Assembly: GCA_051362555.1 (NCBI GenBank)
Contig: CM120642.1
Location: 13,888,001 to 13,952,000, forward strand
Reading direction: 5' to 3'
DNA from: Lingula anatina
Taxonomy: Eukaryota > Animalia > Brachiopoda
Length of the DNA: 64,000 nucleotides
Part shown: positions 13,995 to 28,300 of the stretch, in pieces
Position numbering within the stretch: position 1 is the stretch's first letter
Layout of the letters: the number at the start of each line of letters is the position of its first letter
The notes under the pieces: model-generated
Seen by the model: only the letters and a program-made list of their open reading frames with translations
What the model was told of the DNA's origin: nothing
Databases searched by the model: none
Program-made: the position numbers and the translations under genes

Positions 13995-14169
13995 GGCTGT
14001 ATTCAGAACAATGGACTAACTAGTCCGAGAGTCAAATAACGTGACCCACTAAAAAGCTTGCCATCTAATCCAGTAATAGGCACTGAATAGATTCCCCGTG
14101 GGGAAGTATTCATGTGGGTCGGCCACATTTGACCCTCGGACTAATTTGCCCACTGTTCTCAATGCAACC
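13995..14169. mobile_element. MITE (Tourist/Harbinger-like)
   Basis: Imperfect TIRs of about 43 bp, GGCTGTATTCAGAACAATGG...CCACTGTTCTCAATGCAACC. Confidence 0.7.
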
Positions 14170-16264
14170 TTAGATAATAGGGTGTTTTTTTGCAGTCGAT
14201 GTTTGACATTTGTAAAGAAATAAGTCCCTCTCTCAAATGCTACTAGACCAGTCTTTTTTGCCCTTATTTTCTAATGCTTTGACAACCAATATTGTTAAAT
14301 GCTTTTTGTTTTTGAAAATGTTAGTCCTTTGTTCGTAAAGCTCCAAGCTGCCTTATGAAGTTCTTTTTACCTTTGTCAATCTCTCAGATGTTGCGGAAGC
14401 CTTTTAAATGGTCTCCCTGATACGTGAAGAGTCAGACAATTGTCAGACAAAAAAGGTCATTAACTATTTTTTGTTTATTAATTAAATAATCATTAATTTA
14501 TTATTTATGATTATATATTGAAAAAACATAGACAAATTAAAATTGAACTTTTCTGTTATATGCACAAATTCTTGTCTCAGATTTGTAAGGATTCAGTCAG
14601 CTTGAATCACTTTTAAGGGTCGTGCTTTTCAAATAGTGATATGTTTCCATTGATCTAGGCAGTGAAGAGAAAAATAAAGGCTAAAGACTTTTCAAATTAG
14701 GGCTTACAGTACATAAAATTAAGTCTGGAGGGAATATCTGTCTATTGTGTCATTTAACTTTCGCTCGATATCAGTAGTGCGTTTTATACGTTTTGGGCCT
14801 CTATGAGAAACTCTGTGAAAAGAGAGTAGGTTTTCCAAAGTTTTGGTCTTTTGTCCTGACACAGGGCATGGAGCATAAATAAAACTAGCCCTGAGCACAT
14901 ATAAATAAGAGAACGGAGAAAAGCCATATACTCAGTCATCCAGAAATTGCCCACAGCTCCCAAGGTACATGGATAGGTATTCACAGAAAACTTATCATGT
15001 AAATTGCCAGAGGTTCTTTATTTGATCGAAAATCCCATTAGTTTAAAGACTGTAACATTCCAGGTCACTTTCCTTGCAAGCCGCCTCTAATCAGCCGGTC
15101 CCTAACGGCAAAAAATTCTATCTGATACGACAAGGGTAGTTTCAAAAGCCATTTATCACCCGGCCTCAGAAGCCTCGGGAGATTTCAAATAAAATATTTT
15201 ATCAAGTACTTGCATGTGTAGTGTATAAGAGAATGCCTGAGACTGGAATTATTGTTCAGACTTGTGAATCTAGGCCCCAAATGAAAGTTACGGACCCCAG
15301 TTCAGCATGAAGAAAGTGTAATCGTATTTGTGCATTTTCTTTGTTGTAATTGCCTTTTTGATGCCGGGATTGTGGATAATGGCCTTTTTCTGTCTACAAT
15401 ATGTCTGGCACTTTCCAAAGCATTGCCTCTCTTGAGGGGAAATTAAAAAGTAATATAGTCAGCGTAGATAAAAAATGGTGCTGGGTAAAATGCAAACGTT
15501 CATCATGTAGGTTTAGTAAAATTGACAGATTCACCTTTGCTAAGGTGGCATGAAAATTTCAAGGCATTTTCAGGTTTTTGGATAGAAGGCAATTTGATTT
15601 TCTCTCACGAGTGATTCATTATAAGGCAAACGGTATCAGTTCAAAAATACTTCTACTGTAACTGCTATCCGATAACTTTTGCTTTAAGATAATGAACAGT
15701 TTTTGTCACCTTAAATTAGATTTTGTTTGTTGAAAATGTGCAATTTCCTAACACTATGACTTACTATTACTGATATAGTTAACATATTTTCTTTTCTGCT
15801 TGATAATTTTATTCATGAATTGGTGTAGTATGTTTGTGATAAATGGGGAATTGCTTTATAAATTGTTTGAAACAATTGAAAACTATCATCTGATGAACGT
15901 AAATCTGTGTACATTTATCTTTCTACACACAGTCAAGACAATGATGAGCTCTGTAATGTCATGAGTAATAAAGATGATAAATAGTTTCATTATGTCAAAT
16001 GTCCTGGGTTAATGCTAGAACACAGAGTATTTGCTAATTGCAAAAATTAATTTCATTTGACCTAAGACGTACCAGACATTGAGAAATTTTACAATACTTT
16101 AATTTCATCACTTTTGTTTTACTTATAATATGTAAATATAATTTTCTATTTTGTTTAAATGAAAATGTATACAAATTGTGAAATCAGAGTGACTAAATAT
16201 CTTATACAATATTTACACTTTTTGGTGCCAGTTATCTAATACAGTACTTTTTTCTAACCCACAG

Positions 16265-19200
16265 TTCTCAGTATACGAAACACAAATGAAGATGAACCGC
16301 CAGATCCTCAGCTGATGCGATTGGACAATATGTTGATAGCAGAGGGGGTGGCAGGCCCTGAGAAGGGGGGTGGAGCAGGAGCTGCTGCCAGTGCATCAGC
16401 GGCAGCATCAGGGGGAGACAATGCTATTGAACATTCAGATTATAGGGCAAAACTGGCTCAAATTCGACAGATTTATCACACAGAGTTGGAGAAATATGAA
16501 CAGGTATGTGCAGATAAAGTTTTTCTGAAACATCTGTTTTGGAAGAAATGTTGTATTGAGGATGGATTTATCAGAATGAACTTAATAAGTATTTTTATGT
16601 GCCCTTAATTCAAATATTATTGATTCAGATTTTTATCTCTTTGTACAAACAGTTCATTATCTGTAAATACACCTGCAGTAGTTAATTGATTTAATATTGA
16701 TAAAAATGTAAAATCATTTATGCATTTGATTACCAGAATTTTTTTAACCCCAAACACATGCAATGTTTTTATCTCGGAAGGCTTGTAATGAATTCACAAC
16801 ACACGTGGTGAATCTACTACGAGAACAGAGTCGAACCCGTCCTATTGCCCCCAAAGAAATTGAGCGGATGGTTAGCATTATTCGTAAGAAGTTTTCCGCC
16901 ATAGAAATGCAGCTCAAGCAGAGCACGTGTGAAGCTGTCATGATACTGAGGTCACGGTTTCTGGATGCAAGGTAGGTTCATGCTACAGGGACTGCTAAAC
17001 CTTGGCAGAAATTCCTCCATTCCCAGCAGAATTTTTGTCAGAGCTCGGGAATCGTCGTTTTAATCAGAGCACCGCCTGTGAGAGAAATATTGCATTATTT
17101 TGATGTATGGGGAGAGGGAATTTTAAAAAGAACTAAATCATGATTTCCCTGGGGTGGAAATAATAAGTTTGCATGATTGATTTTATTAGATTAACAGGGA
17201 AAAGATCGCAGAAAAGTGATAGTTAGCTAAAAGAACTTTTTTTACTTTTTTTCTTTTCTTTTTTCAAGTTCGACAGTGTGCGTTGAGAATCGTTAGTAGT
17301 ACAGAGTATGTTTGTTCTTGAGTGTGAAAGCCTTAATATGGTCTTATCATGTAATGTTCCCTGACTGGATAGTAAAGGTCTCGTGACTGGTTAAGGATGG
17401 GATACTGTGCCAGTGACACTAACTGAAAGGGATTAGACTTAACTTACCAAGACTTTGCCTGAATATTATGAAATAAAAAGTTAACCAAGAATCGTATAAA
17501 AGAATTTATTTTCAATTATCATTTCCTTTTTGTTGTTATAATTGTCGTTGTTGTTGTTGATGATGTATTTTTTGTTTTTGTTTTTGCTTTAATTTAGGAT
17601 GATGATGTCTATAATTAACTGTGTTGGCCCAATCACCTAACAGACCCTGTTCATTCTAATGGCATTAAAAAAACTCTCTATACCCATTTCATTTGAGGAA
17701 ATATAGTTTAAATTCTGCACCCCCTAAACAAAGTAAGTCTAACCCATGCCAGCCTGTCCTTGAAAATATATTTTAAAACATTTCCTCCATTATTTTTGAT
17801 GACATAAAACAAAGACAACTTTGTTGACTTCGCAAGACCAGGAATGCAGCGGGGCACTCCGTGCTTGCTTTTAGAAGCATGACATGATTATTTTATCGTG
17901 GTGTGCTGACATATCGTGTGAAGTACAGGCTTGAAATTGTAATAGAAATCTCATAAAAAATTGACATATCTTGTTGAAGAAATTTTGCTAAATGGGATGA
18001 TGAATTATTGAGAAGAAATTCCCAAAGGGAGGATGACAGCAGCTGTTTCACAAAGAACGTCACTGAGTAAATACTCTAATGACGAAGTACAAAGTGGAGA
18101 CAATCTGGCAGTTTTATTGGAGTTTGATTGTTAACAAGGGGAGTTTTTACATTCTTAATTTATTTGTTTTTCTTTATATATTTTTCTTGGAAAGTTGGTT
18201 TGGTATATTTCTTTTCTAATATGGAGTAGCATTAGAATATCCAATAGATTATAGTATGGAATCTCAATTGAATCAGATTTCAGGTAAAACAAATTTAATT
18301 TGATGATGATTTGCTGCCAACTGTTTGTCTTCTCTGGTAATGACTGGCAGTCGTTTTTCAATTGTTATATGCCCACTCCAAATAAGTTTGTTCAGACAAG
18401 TGCTATTTTAAGCCCAAATGTATATGAACTTCAATCATCAGATCACTAGGGGGGTACTAGAGGGGGGGGTTAGATGTCTAAGGGGTATAGGTTGCAAGGG
18501 GGGGTGTTCACAGAGCACATTTGATGACTTTTATATAAATGACTGGTAAATCTTACAAGCCCTCTCATGTCAGAAATCAGTTCAATTTCTGGTCAAAATA
18601 AGTCTTGTGTGAACTGGCTTATGGTGGACCACTTTGACTAGGACTGTAAACCTGAAATGAATTCTTTGACTTGTTGACTTTTTTTGTCATGGATCAAAAG
18701 CTATGCTGCGACCCCATTTAATTGCTGAAAACAGCAGCAAATTAGCTTGGTTCCCCTTGGGGATGTCTCCATATCCAGAGGAAGGAATGATATGGGATTT
18801 CTGGGGTTTGTTTGATGTTTCTGTACAAGCCTATTACTAAGGGTGCAGATACTTATTGCAGAAAAGAGCACATGTGCAGGTTGTGGGTGAATACCATGTC
18901 TTTCTGTCACAGCGGTTAAAAAAAAAATGTATAGCAGCGTATGCTAATGCTGGTGTGCCAGGGAACAATTAAGTGAGAGCTTACCGCTGGTGGGACCATT
19001 GACCCTGTATAGAACTGCCTTTACATGCCACATTCACCAGTAGTTCCATTTTTCTTCCAAGCACATCACAACAGATTGAATTTTGAAAAAAAAAAAACTG
19101 GTCTCTAGCTTGCATTTTAAATATTTTTCAAACGTCTTAAATTATTTTCTTTTCTATAAAAATTATTAATTTTTTAAAAAGTTATATTTGGTTCATTCAG

Positions 19201-22200
19201 AGGTAAAAACATGATAAAGTGACCTTATTACATTGTGTCACTAGTAAAGGCCATAGTGGACCATCATAAAGATTCCCCACTGCAGAGCTTATGTGTGCGT
19301 GTGTGCTTGCCTAGCAGGTTTCTTTGATGTCCTTTACTGCTGTGCTAATCACGATAAAGGTATACACAATCAGTAATTGCATCAATGCATGAGAGATTGG
19401 GAAGAAGATATCAACACATCATGGAGTTTGGTCAGAGGTTGGAAATATTGGTCACAATATTTTTTTTTTTTTTTTTTTTAGCAAAAGTTTGTCATATTTC
19501 CAAGTAAAATTTTATTTATTAATTTCATGTAATTATATGAATAGAAACCCTTGACTTTTTAATGTGTTTCCTGTATCTTTAAGGTGAATTAGTTCAAGCA
19601 GAAAAGTTGGTATTATGGATTTAAAATAAATTTGTGTATCAGAATGAATGAAACACTGGCCTCTTAGAAATCCCAATACTTAAAAAACATTTAACATGGT
19701 AAAGTACAAAATTGACTTAAGTAAAATTATTGAAATTTATCAGAAAAGCTATGTGCTCCATTATTGATATCCTGTTGTTGTAAAATCCTTACTTGCAGCT
19801 GAATGGTCAAATGAATTTGTATTAAGCGTGCCTTAATTGCCCAGAATTGCAGAGGTCACTGGAACCTTCACTGCTCTACTATTTCTTAGCATGCTTTCAT
19901 CAGTGCTAGTAACTGCCCCTCATTATCAAAATTTTGAAAATTCTCAAGATATAATACCTTTCATCCCTTATTACAAACATGAAGTTTTGCGGGGAGAAAA
20001 TGTTATTGAAATGTCCTGAAAAAATCATAAATCATCAGCCTAGGCACAATACAATAGTGTTTTTAAATGTATAATCCTAAAAAATGTAATTATATGGATT
20101 GCTCTCCCCTTTCATGTGCTTTCTCTTCAAGTCTTGCAGTTGACATGACAGAAAAAATGCACCCATTTGTGGATATGTAAGTGCAGTAACCACCTCTGCA
20201 CACAACAAAGCGGCCGTGTCTTTGGCGATAATCGAGTACATTGCCATAGTATTAGTCAGTTATAGTCCACATAAAAAGGAAAAAGACATTTGAAGATGTC
20301 ATGCTCATGAGTTTACAACAGTAAAGCATTTGTTAGTTTTTCATTTGGTTATTGATGGACCTTGAAATCACTGGTGGACATGTGTATACTTCTTTAGGTC
20401 TTTTCCCATCAAGTATTATATCTTAGTGATGCAGCTGCATCGTTATGCTTTAAGAGGTTCTCCCACGAAAATATGCTACTTGGAACTTTCTTTCTTCTCA
20501 CAAGTTCTCTGAGTGTTTGATATGCAAGTGAATTATTTCTCAGGTGGAGGGGGGGGTCTTTTAGGCGACTATCTTGTGAAATAGCCAGACTATTAAGTTT
20601 TTGATCTCTCAGAGTGTACAAATACAGTTGTGCCACTGAGATTTAGTGCTCCATTTACAGTTTTTACAGTCAATTCAGGGAAGTCATTTGAAGAACAACA
20701 TCAGAGTGGATTTTAAAAAATATACGCAAATTACACTGCAAGAAATTCAGTTCCGACCTTTTTGATAAATTCTCCAGCAAGACCCTTGAATTTAACCGCT
20801 ACCATCTCCTACACATGCATGCACACACATGCACGGACAAATTCTCTATTATCTTTTTGTCATCTGACCCAATTATCATTATGCTGATTGCTAAACTAAG
20901 GTATTTCAGAGGAAAGTCATTTGCCAGTAGGAAAGGTTGTTATTATAATAGTATATATGTGTAATATCATGTGGTAGTTGCAAGCTATACCTGCTTAGTA
21001 TAGCCTATACTTTACTATAGGTAAGAGATGAAGTCTGTCTTGAAGGCAGATGCCCCTCAAGTCTAGTTCAAGCTTCTTGTGACAGGTATTTTATGCCGTG
21101 TGCGTCAGGAAGAGTAACGGTGAAGTCAGAATTGCTTGTCAGTTCATAACTCTGTGCTTGACAATAACATAAGACGGTAGAAGGTGTTCCTTGGTACAGT
21201 CATTTAACGTTTCATAGAAAACAAATGTGCTGTCTGCCTCAACTTTTGACAGTTTTAGATTTCTTTTTGTTTTACCACTACCTACACTTATGAGACACGA
21301 AATAAGTTGAATTTTGATTGGCTAAAGATGTAAATGGCTGTTTTTCATAGTCAAAAATCACATGGGACTTAAAATCAGTATTAAAAGATTTTTTTTGTTA
21401 AAATGAAAGTATGAATGCTCTTCTCAGACTGACACTGAGTAATGATTTTAACATGATTAACTAAAGTGAAAAAAGAGCAGTAATACAATTTTTGAAACAA
21501 GATAAAAAGAATATAAGGCTAAATTAGCCATTTTTTCTATGTATTCAATTAGACATATATTTTTCGTGCATTTGTAAATGTCTTTTTCTTCTGAACTAAA
21601 GATAGTCCTCTATAAAGAATGTCAACTTTGCCTTTTCCATTCATTCAAGTTATGTATTTAAAAGTACTTTCTATATCATTTTTTTTCCTTGACTGTGTAA
21701 GCCTTTGAATTTTTATTTTCCCCTTAAAAAGAATGCTGCTGCAGTTACAAAACTTGCTGTATGTTGATACAACAATTAGCCCCCCTTGTTTTCAGAAAAA
21801 TATTTATAGTACTTATTTATGTTCATTACAGGCATTTAAGAAATATTTCATTAATGGTGTCAAAATGTGAGGGCAGTAGTCGAGAGTGCGTGCCAGAATA
21901 CGGAACAGTCAGTATCTTGAACCAATTTACTGATAGATTTCGCAAGCGGTTCAGTTGAGCGAGACCATTAGTTCTGACAAGTGGGCATGAATTATGTACA
22001 CTTTTTCCGTGTGAGATACAGATGGTTTACGTAGTAGTGTGAATTTTTGGAGGTACAGGGAGGCCATAATTCCAGTTTGCTGCAATTTGTTCGGCATAAG
22101 AATTACACCATATTGTTACCGCTGGATGGCAGTTCCCATCATTCCCACAAAATATTTCCTCTTTTAAAGTAACTGAGTTAATTTTTATGTATGTTCAGAA

Positions 22201-23907
22201 AGTTATTTATTTATTTAATCAGCACAGTGTGCACTGGATATAATACATTTAAAATATCTTATTGTTTTGTTGACAAAAAAAAATTAAAATATGTTAAACA
22301 CTGGAGTGTACAAACAGTGAGGCTGAATGGAAGTACCCAACTTGTTTTTTTGGTAGTTATGTATCAGGAACAACTCTGATTTTTTGGGGAAGGTTAGTGA
22401 ATGTTTGTTTGGATATATTCAAGTAGGATAGGTAAATGTTGACTTGTGGGTGTGTATGTTTAAACTTATGTTAGTGGCACAGACAAGTGACCAGCTATTC
22501 AAGTCCACACGGGCTAGTCTGGTTAGTTTACAGTAATGGGACAGTCATTATTTGCTCATTATATTGTTTTCTGTGCTATTTATATGGAGTGGACTGTGCC
22601 TTATTGCTAGCAGCATGCACGTTTATGTTGTCAGAAGAAAAATGAATCAGTTGTTATAATACATGTCACTTGGCCGTGAGGGAGTCACTTCAAGGTTAGA
22701 ATGTTTGCTACACCGGTAATTTTTTTTTTTTTTTTGTAAATTTAAACAACTAGTAGAGACATATCATACATTTGCACCCTGTCATTAAGATAACAATTGC
22801 AGTTTTGGTACATTTGAAGTTGTTTCTGGAGAATAATGAAATCGGGCAAAAACCATTTAAAGATATTTGAATTAACTTTGTTTGACTAGAATGAATTCTG
22901 TCCTTCAATCAAAATATGAAACTCATAGGGAACTAATTTCTGTATTAAAATAAAGGACTAATTTCTGTATTAAAATAAAGCATTTAAGTGTGTCGCATTT
23001 TAAATATTTAAATTACATAATCATGAATTGAGGATCAGGCATGGGTGCTTTTAATTGTCATTCAATTGTGTTTTAAAATCTTTGATCAAGAAAATATATT
23101 GGTGTTCTAATCATAAAGTAAGGTGAATATAACACGTGAAATCTAACACAAAATATCTGAAGTAATACTAATCTGTTTCATGGAGTATTTCTAGTCGACA
23201 ATTACCTTGCTGTTCTTGTTAACTGGAAGTTTCAAACATAGGCCAGCAAAAAGCTTCTGACCAGATTTCAACGTTTTTATATTTTTCTTTTCTATTCTTT
23301 TCTAGGCGCAAGAGACGTAACTTCAGCAAACAGGCATCTGAAATTCTGAATGAGTATTTTTACGCCCACTTAAGCAACCCATACCCATCAGAAGAAGCCA
23401 AAGAGGAATTGGCAAGGAAGTGCGGCATCACAGTGTCCCAGGTAACTATTATTTATTGTAAATGTATTTGGGTTATTTTCTACAAACAATTTTGAGATTT
23501 TACTCACTCAGGTTTTAAATTGTTATACATATTTTGTGAGACTCAACTTTATTTCTTTAACATAATTTTTTTCATTCCAAAAAGTTTTTATTTCATTAAA
23601 AAAAAATCTCTTCCAAGTTTTGACATCATTTATGTTCTGAATCATCATTGAGATAAGCTTTTGCACATTTATTAATATATTATTTAAATGTAATAAATGA
23701 GCTTACTGGAAACACACTAGCCTGAATTCGGTTTTAGTCAAGTAAATTTTAGCTTTCTCAAAATTATGTTTAAAAATATGAATTAAAGCAGCGAGGAACA
23801 GCTAACATTTATTGTCAAGGAATTAACTAGTAGAAAATTTGAATGCTGTTGTTAGTCAAGCTTCAATTTTGTACGTAAATAAATGTAGTTAATGAAATTG
23901 CTACACC

Positions 23908-23962
<55 letters not shown>

Positions 23963-24779
23963 AAAACAAGGACTAAAAGATTTTAAGACATTTTAACTCA
24001 TTTAATTAATTTGGGGTATCAGAATCACATTATTTATACAAAATATGTTTAATATTATCACTTTACTAATATCAGTTCCAGCAACATCTAGCTCAGTGCA
24101 GGGCATCATCCAAGGCCAATATATAGACTGAGATTAATTTCTTTTTCCAGAGTTCTTAAACAAATTGTCCTCATGTTGATGTTTCTAGGTTTCTAATTGG
24201 TTCGGAAACAAGAGAATCCGATACAAGAAAAATATCGGGAAAGCCCAAGAGGAAGCAAACCTATACGCTGCCAAAACGGCTGCAGCAGCTTCTCAGGGTG
24301 GAGTTCATGAAGGTAAGCCATTTCTCGGGTCATTTATGTCTTCCTGCTTTATACCCTAGGTTTGCAATTGGTTTGGTAACAAACGTATCCGTTACAAGAG
24401 AAACACACAGAAGGAACAGGAAGACATCCGTTTACATGGCGTTAAGGCTGCTACTGCAGCAGCTATGCAAGGGCCCAGTCAAGGTATGTCAGAGAATCGC
24501 AAAAAAAGAAAAAAAAATGGGTTGGACTTTTTACCTCCATGGAGAGACAGTGTCGTCTGCCCGCTGCTTCTGACATTGCAAGCTTAGGGTATATTTTCTC
24601 ACAAGTGACTAAATCTTTTATATTTCGACTCTCTGTGTAATCCTCATCTTTTATCTCTGTCCCTGTTATACTAAATAGATAGAAAACAATCAAACATTTA
24701 AGGTAAGTGTTAGATATGTGTGGTAACTATACTGCCAATATCATTGCGAATCTCCTTCACTGCATGTGTGCGCGCACGT

Positions 24780-24813
<34 letters not shown>

Positions 24814-25351
24814 CATCCTCCTCAGAGTAAGTACCCATTAACTGGATTATTTTTAATCTCACAAAGCCAGACTTTTATCCCTCCAAAACTATGTGCATTG
24901 TATACCAACCAGATATTTTGTAATTTTACAGTGCATACAAACATCCATCAGGGAGACTTTCTCATTCGAAATGACACTTATTGCTTTTGTTGGACAAGGT
25001 GCATGTCTTGCATAAGCATTGTTAGCATGTCAAGCAGGACAGGTACCCAGTGTTCTCCCCAGTTTATAGTACAATGCCACATTGGTGACAGGAAACTGGA
25101 AAAAGAAAAACTAAAAAGGCTTTTAAAAATCACTTAGAACATACATTTTGTATTAAATGCACATTTTACAAAACACCTGACCAGCAATTTTGGTTGGAAT
25201 CCCATTTGCTCTGAGAAATTTAAATCTGTCAAATTATGTCAAAATTTTTCAGCAAGTTTTGTTTGCCAAATATAAAAGTCAACCTTTCACAATATATTTC
25301 ATATTACTCTTTTAAGTTTGTTACAGGAGGGGTTATGCATTTGCAAAAAAA

Positions 25352-25398
<47 letters not shown>

Positions 25399-28300
25399 CT
25401 GAAAAGTACATGTAATTTTTGTCTTCTTACATTATTCCTGTTTAGGCTACATGCCCCAAGGTCAGCTGGGTTCCTACATGAACCTCAATGGAGATAACTA
25501 TCAGGCAGACTCAGTTGGAGCAAATGTACAATCACAGGTAAGATCAGGTGTTTCACTGAGGCAAGAATTGAAGTCAGACCAACATTAAATAATGCATTTA
25601 TTGCAGCAACAGATGACCAGAGTACACTGAGGGGCACCTACAGGGTCACTTGCCTATGAATGTATATTAAAATCATGTGACCGGCTACTCTGGTCATCTG
25701 GTGACTACAGATGGGCAATATTCTGGAGAAGGTTGACCTGTTTTGAATGTGCATTTGATATAGAAAATTGATGAAATTCAAACAACTCCACTATAAGTTT
25801 ATATAAGTGGCAAATTTGAAGTATTCCAAGGATTGAGGATATTTGATTGATCACCAGGCTGCCAATGGAAAAGATTGCTTGATGTTGGTATTGGCTTGAA
25901 GATGGATACCTTGGTTGCCATAGCAACACAATTTAATGTATTACTGTGATGGACAGATCAAAGGGGAATTGACAAGATTGGCAGGTCAATTTAGAAGATG
26001 GTGTTCTTGCGACTATGGCTTCCAATGAAAACAAATGTGCAATTCCATTTCCTGGAGGTCACCCTTGAATTTCCGTTCTAGATTTGGTCGGCATTCATAT
26101 CTTCATTTGTTCCATCGCAAATTATCCTGAAAGTAAAAAACTACATTGCAACTTCTTTAACACTGTTTAAGTGGAAATTTTGGGCTTTCATTGGTTTTGA
26201 ATCAATTTGGTACTTGTAAGGATCATTAAACAAAAAATCATAAAGATATGCCATATTTAAAGGGTAAAGGATTATTTACCAAATTTTATTTTCTGTACGA
26301 CTCCATGCATTTGTGCTGAATTCCATTATATTTGGTTAAACACTTTCTTTTCCTAAATCTCCCACAATCAGATTTTCAGACAGTATTCACACATGCTGCC
26401 AAAGCAAGTCTTAAATGTTATAAATGGCTTAAGGTGTTTTCTGTTAGCAAGATTAATTTTATTCTAGCTGTCTTTGCAAATCTCAGGTGACTCTGGTTTG
26501 AAATTCTGTATACACAATAGAAGTTTAAAGTTATTCCATCAATTTTAGAAAGAGATTTTCAGTTCAGTGAGCAGCAATCAACACAGATTTTATTATTGTT
26601 ATTATTATGTAATATATGTAGAGTGATATGCTGACAATTATCACTATGGAAACAATGCTCTGATTGTGACTTTTTAGTGACATAGCCTGTCTAGAGAAGG
26701 TAATTATGGTTGCTTTAGCAGAATTTTTTTGCAGAGTTATCATATTATACAAAAGATTGTTTTGGGAACAGTTGCATAAATATTTGAACAAAAAATTTGA
26801 AAATCAGTTAAGAGTAATGGCTGACTACTGTAGGCGTTCCAGTCATTCCTTATAGACAACATTTTCTTTCACCAATCCCATATACTTTGTTTTCATTCCT
26901 GTTTAGAGAGTCATTTCGATTACTAAATAGAAAATTTTAACTCCGAGCTTTAGAATAGGCAGAAAATGTTTTCCACATGAAATATGCATTAAATGCTGAC
27001 AGAATCAGTATTATGTTACATCAAATTTGTCTCCGTAAAAGTAAGGGACCCTTGAAAAATTCTTCCCTAATTTTTGTACTTTTACATTTTTAACCTCCAT
27101 CAAAGTCCCACCCTCCCACTAAAGTGAAGCGTTTATTCTCTTCCGTAGGTGAACTCCTTGCGTCATGTCATTAATCAGACAGGGGGATATCAAGACAGTA
27201 CCTCCTATGACATGCAGGTACAGTAACTATAGAAACCAGTTGTATCATGTGCTGCCTAGACAGGCAAGTGCTGCCATCTATGTTCAGTTTGTCACTGCAG
27301 GCAGTGTAATAAGCACCAAGAGTGAACACAGGGCACTTTTGATTAAAAATGAGAACCTCTGGATATGAATACAGTGGTTAGATATTGTATATGGTATTGT
27401 GGTTGTGAGAGGGCCAGAAGGTGACTTTTTTGTGACTGGTTCAATCTCTGATTTTTTTTTCCCCTTCTTTGTAGTGAGGTGCAAAGTACTAATTTTTCAC
27501 TCAAATTATAGTTTCGACAAACGGTATCTGAACTGATGTAAACTTATGTACTATGGTTTTCTCTGATATGGTATCAGTAAACCATACTGTAGTTAAAACT
27601 GTTCTGATTACATTATCAAAATGATTTTGGATATTTTTTTTACTTAAGAAATCATAATGTATGGTTTTAAAACCACATAAGAAAAGAAAATCACCTTTTC
27701 TTCAGATACTGTGTTGCAAATATGAATTGTAATTTTCTCCTTCAAATTAATCACTGAAGAAGCAACTGTGGCTTCCTTTTCTGTGTGTGTTTCAATAATC
27801 ACAACTGAGCCATCATTCGGTTTAACATCAGAATATCTCTGCCTAAAAACTTTCTACTGTCTCCCTGTGTGACTTGACTCGAAATCATTTATGCCTGTCC
27901 ACTTTGCGTGACCTGACATTCCCACTGGTTGTTTACACTAAAGCTTTTTTCAAGAAGAGACCCTTGTGTCTTTATTTGTGTTCTGCAGTGTGTCACAAGA
28001 GCATTGTTTCCATAGGTCAATTTCTATGAAGCAAACTTTCTTACTACTGTCCATGCACATCGTAAACTCACTTGAAAAAGAAGAGACACTTTAATTACAG
28101 GTATTTTATAAGTACATTTTTTCATGATTGTCAGAATTCATTTGAAAACTTACTTGCTTTGCCAGCTGTGGGTTACTGCCATATTGAAATTCTGTTTTGA
28201 ACACTTTAAGAACTTGTTCCTTGAATCTCTCTCTAACACCTTTATATAAAAAAAAAGAAAATAAGACTGGATTCCCAGCCCTAGATCGATCTAACAGGAT

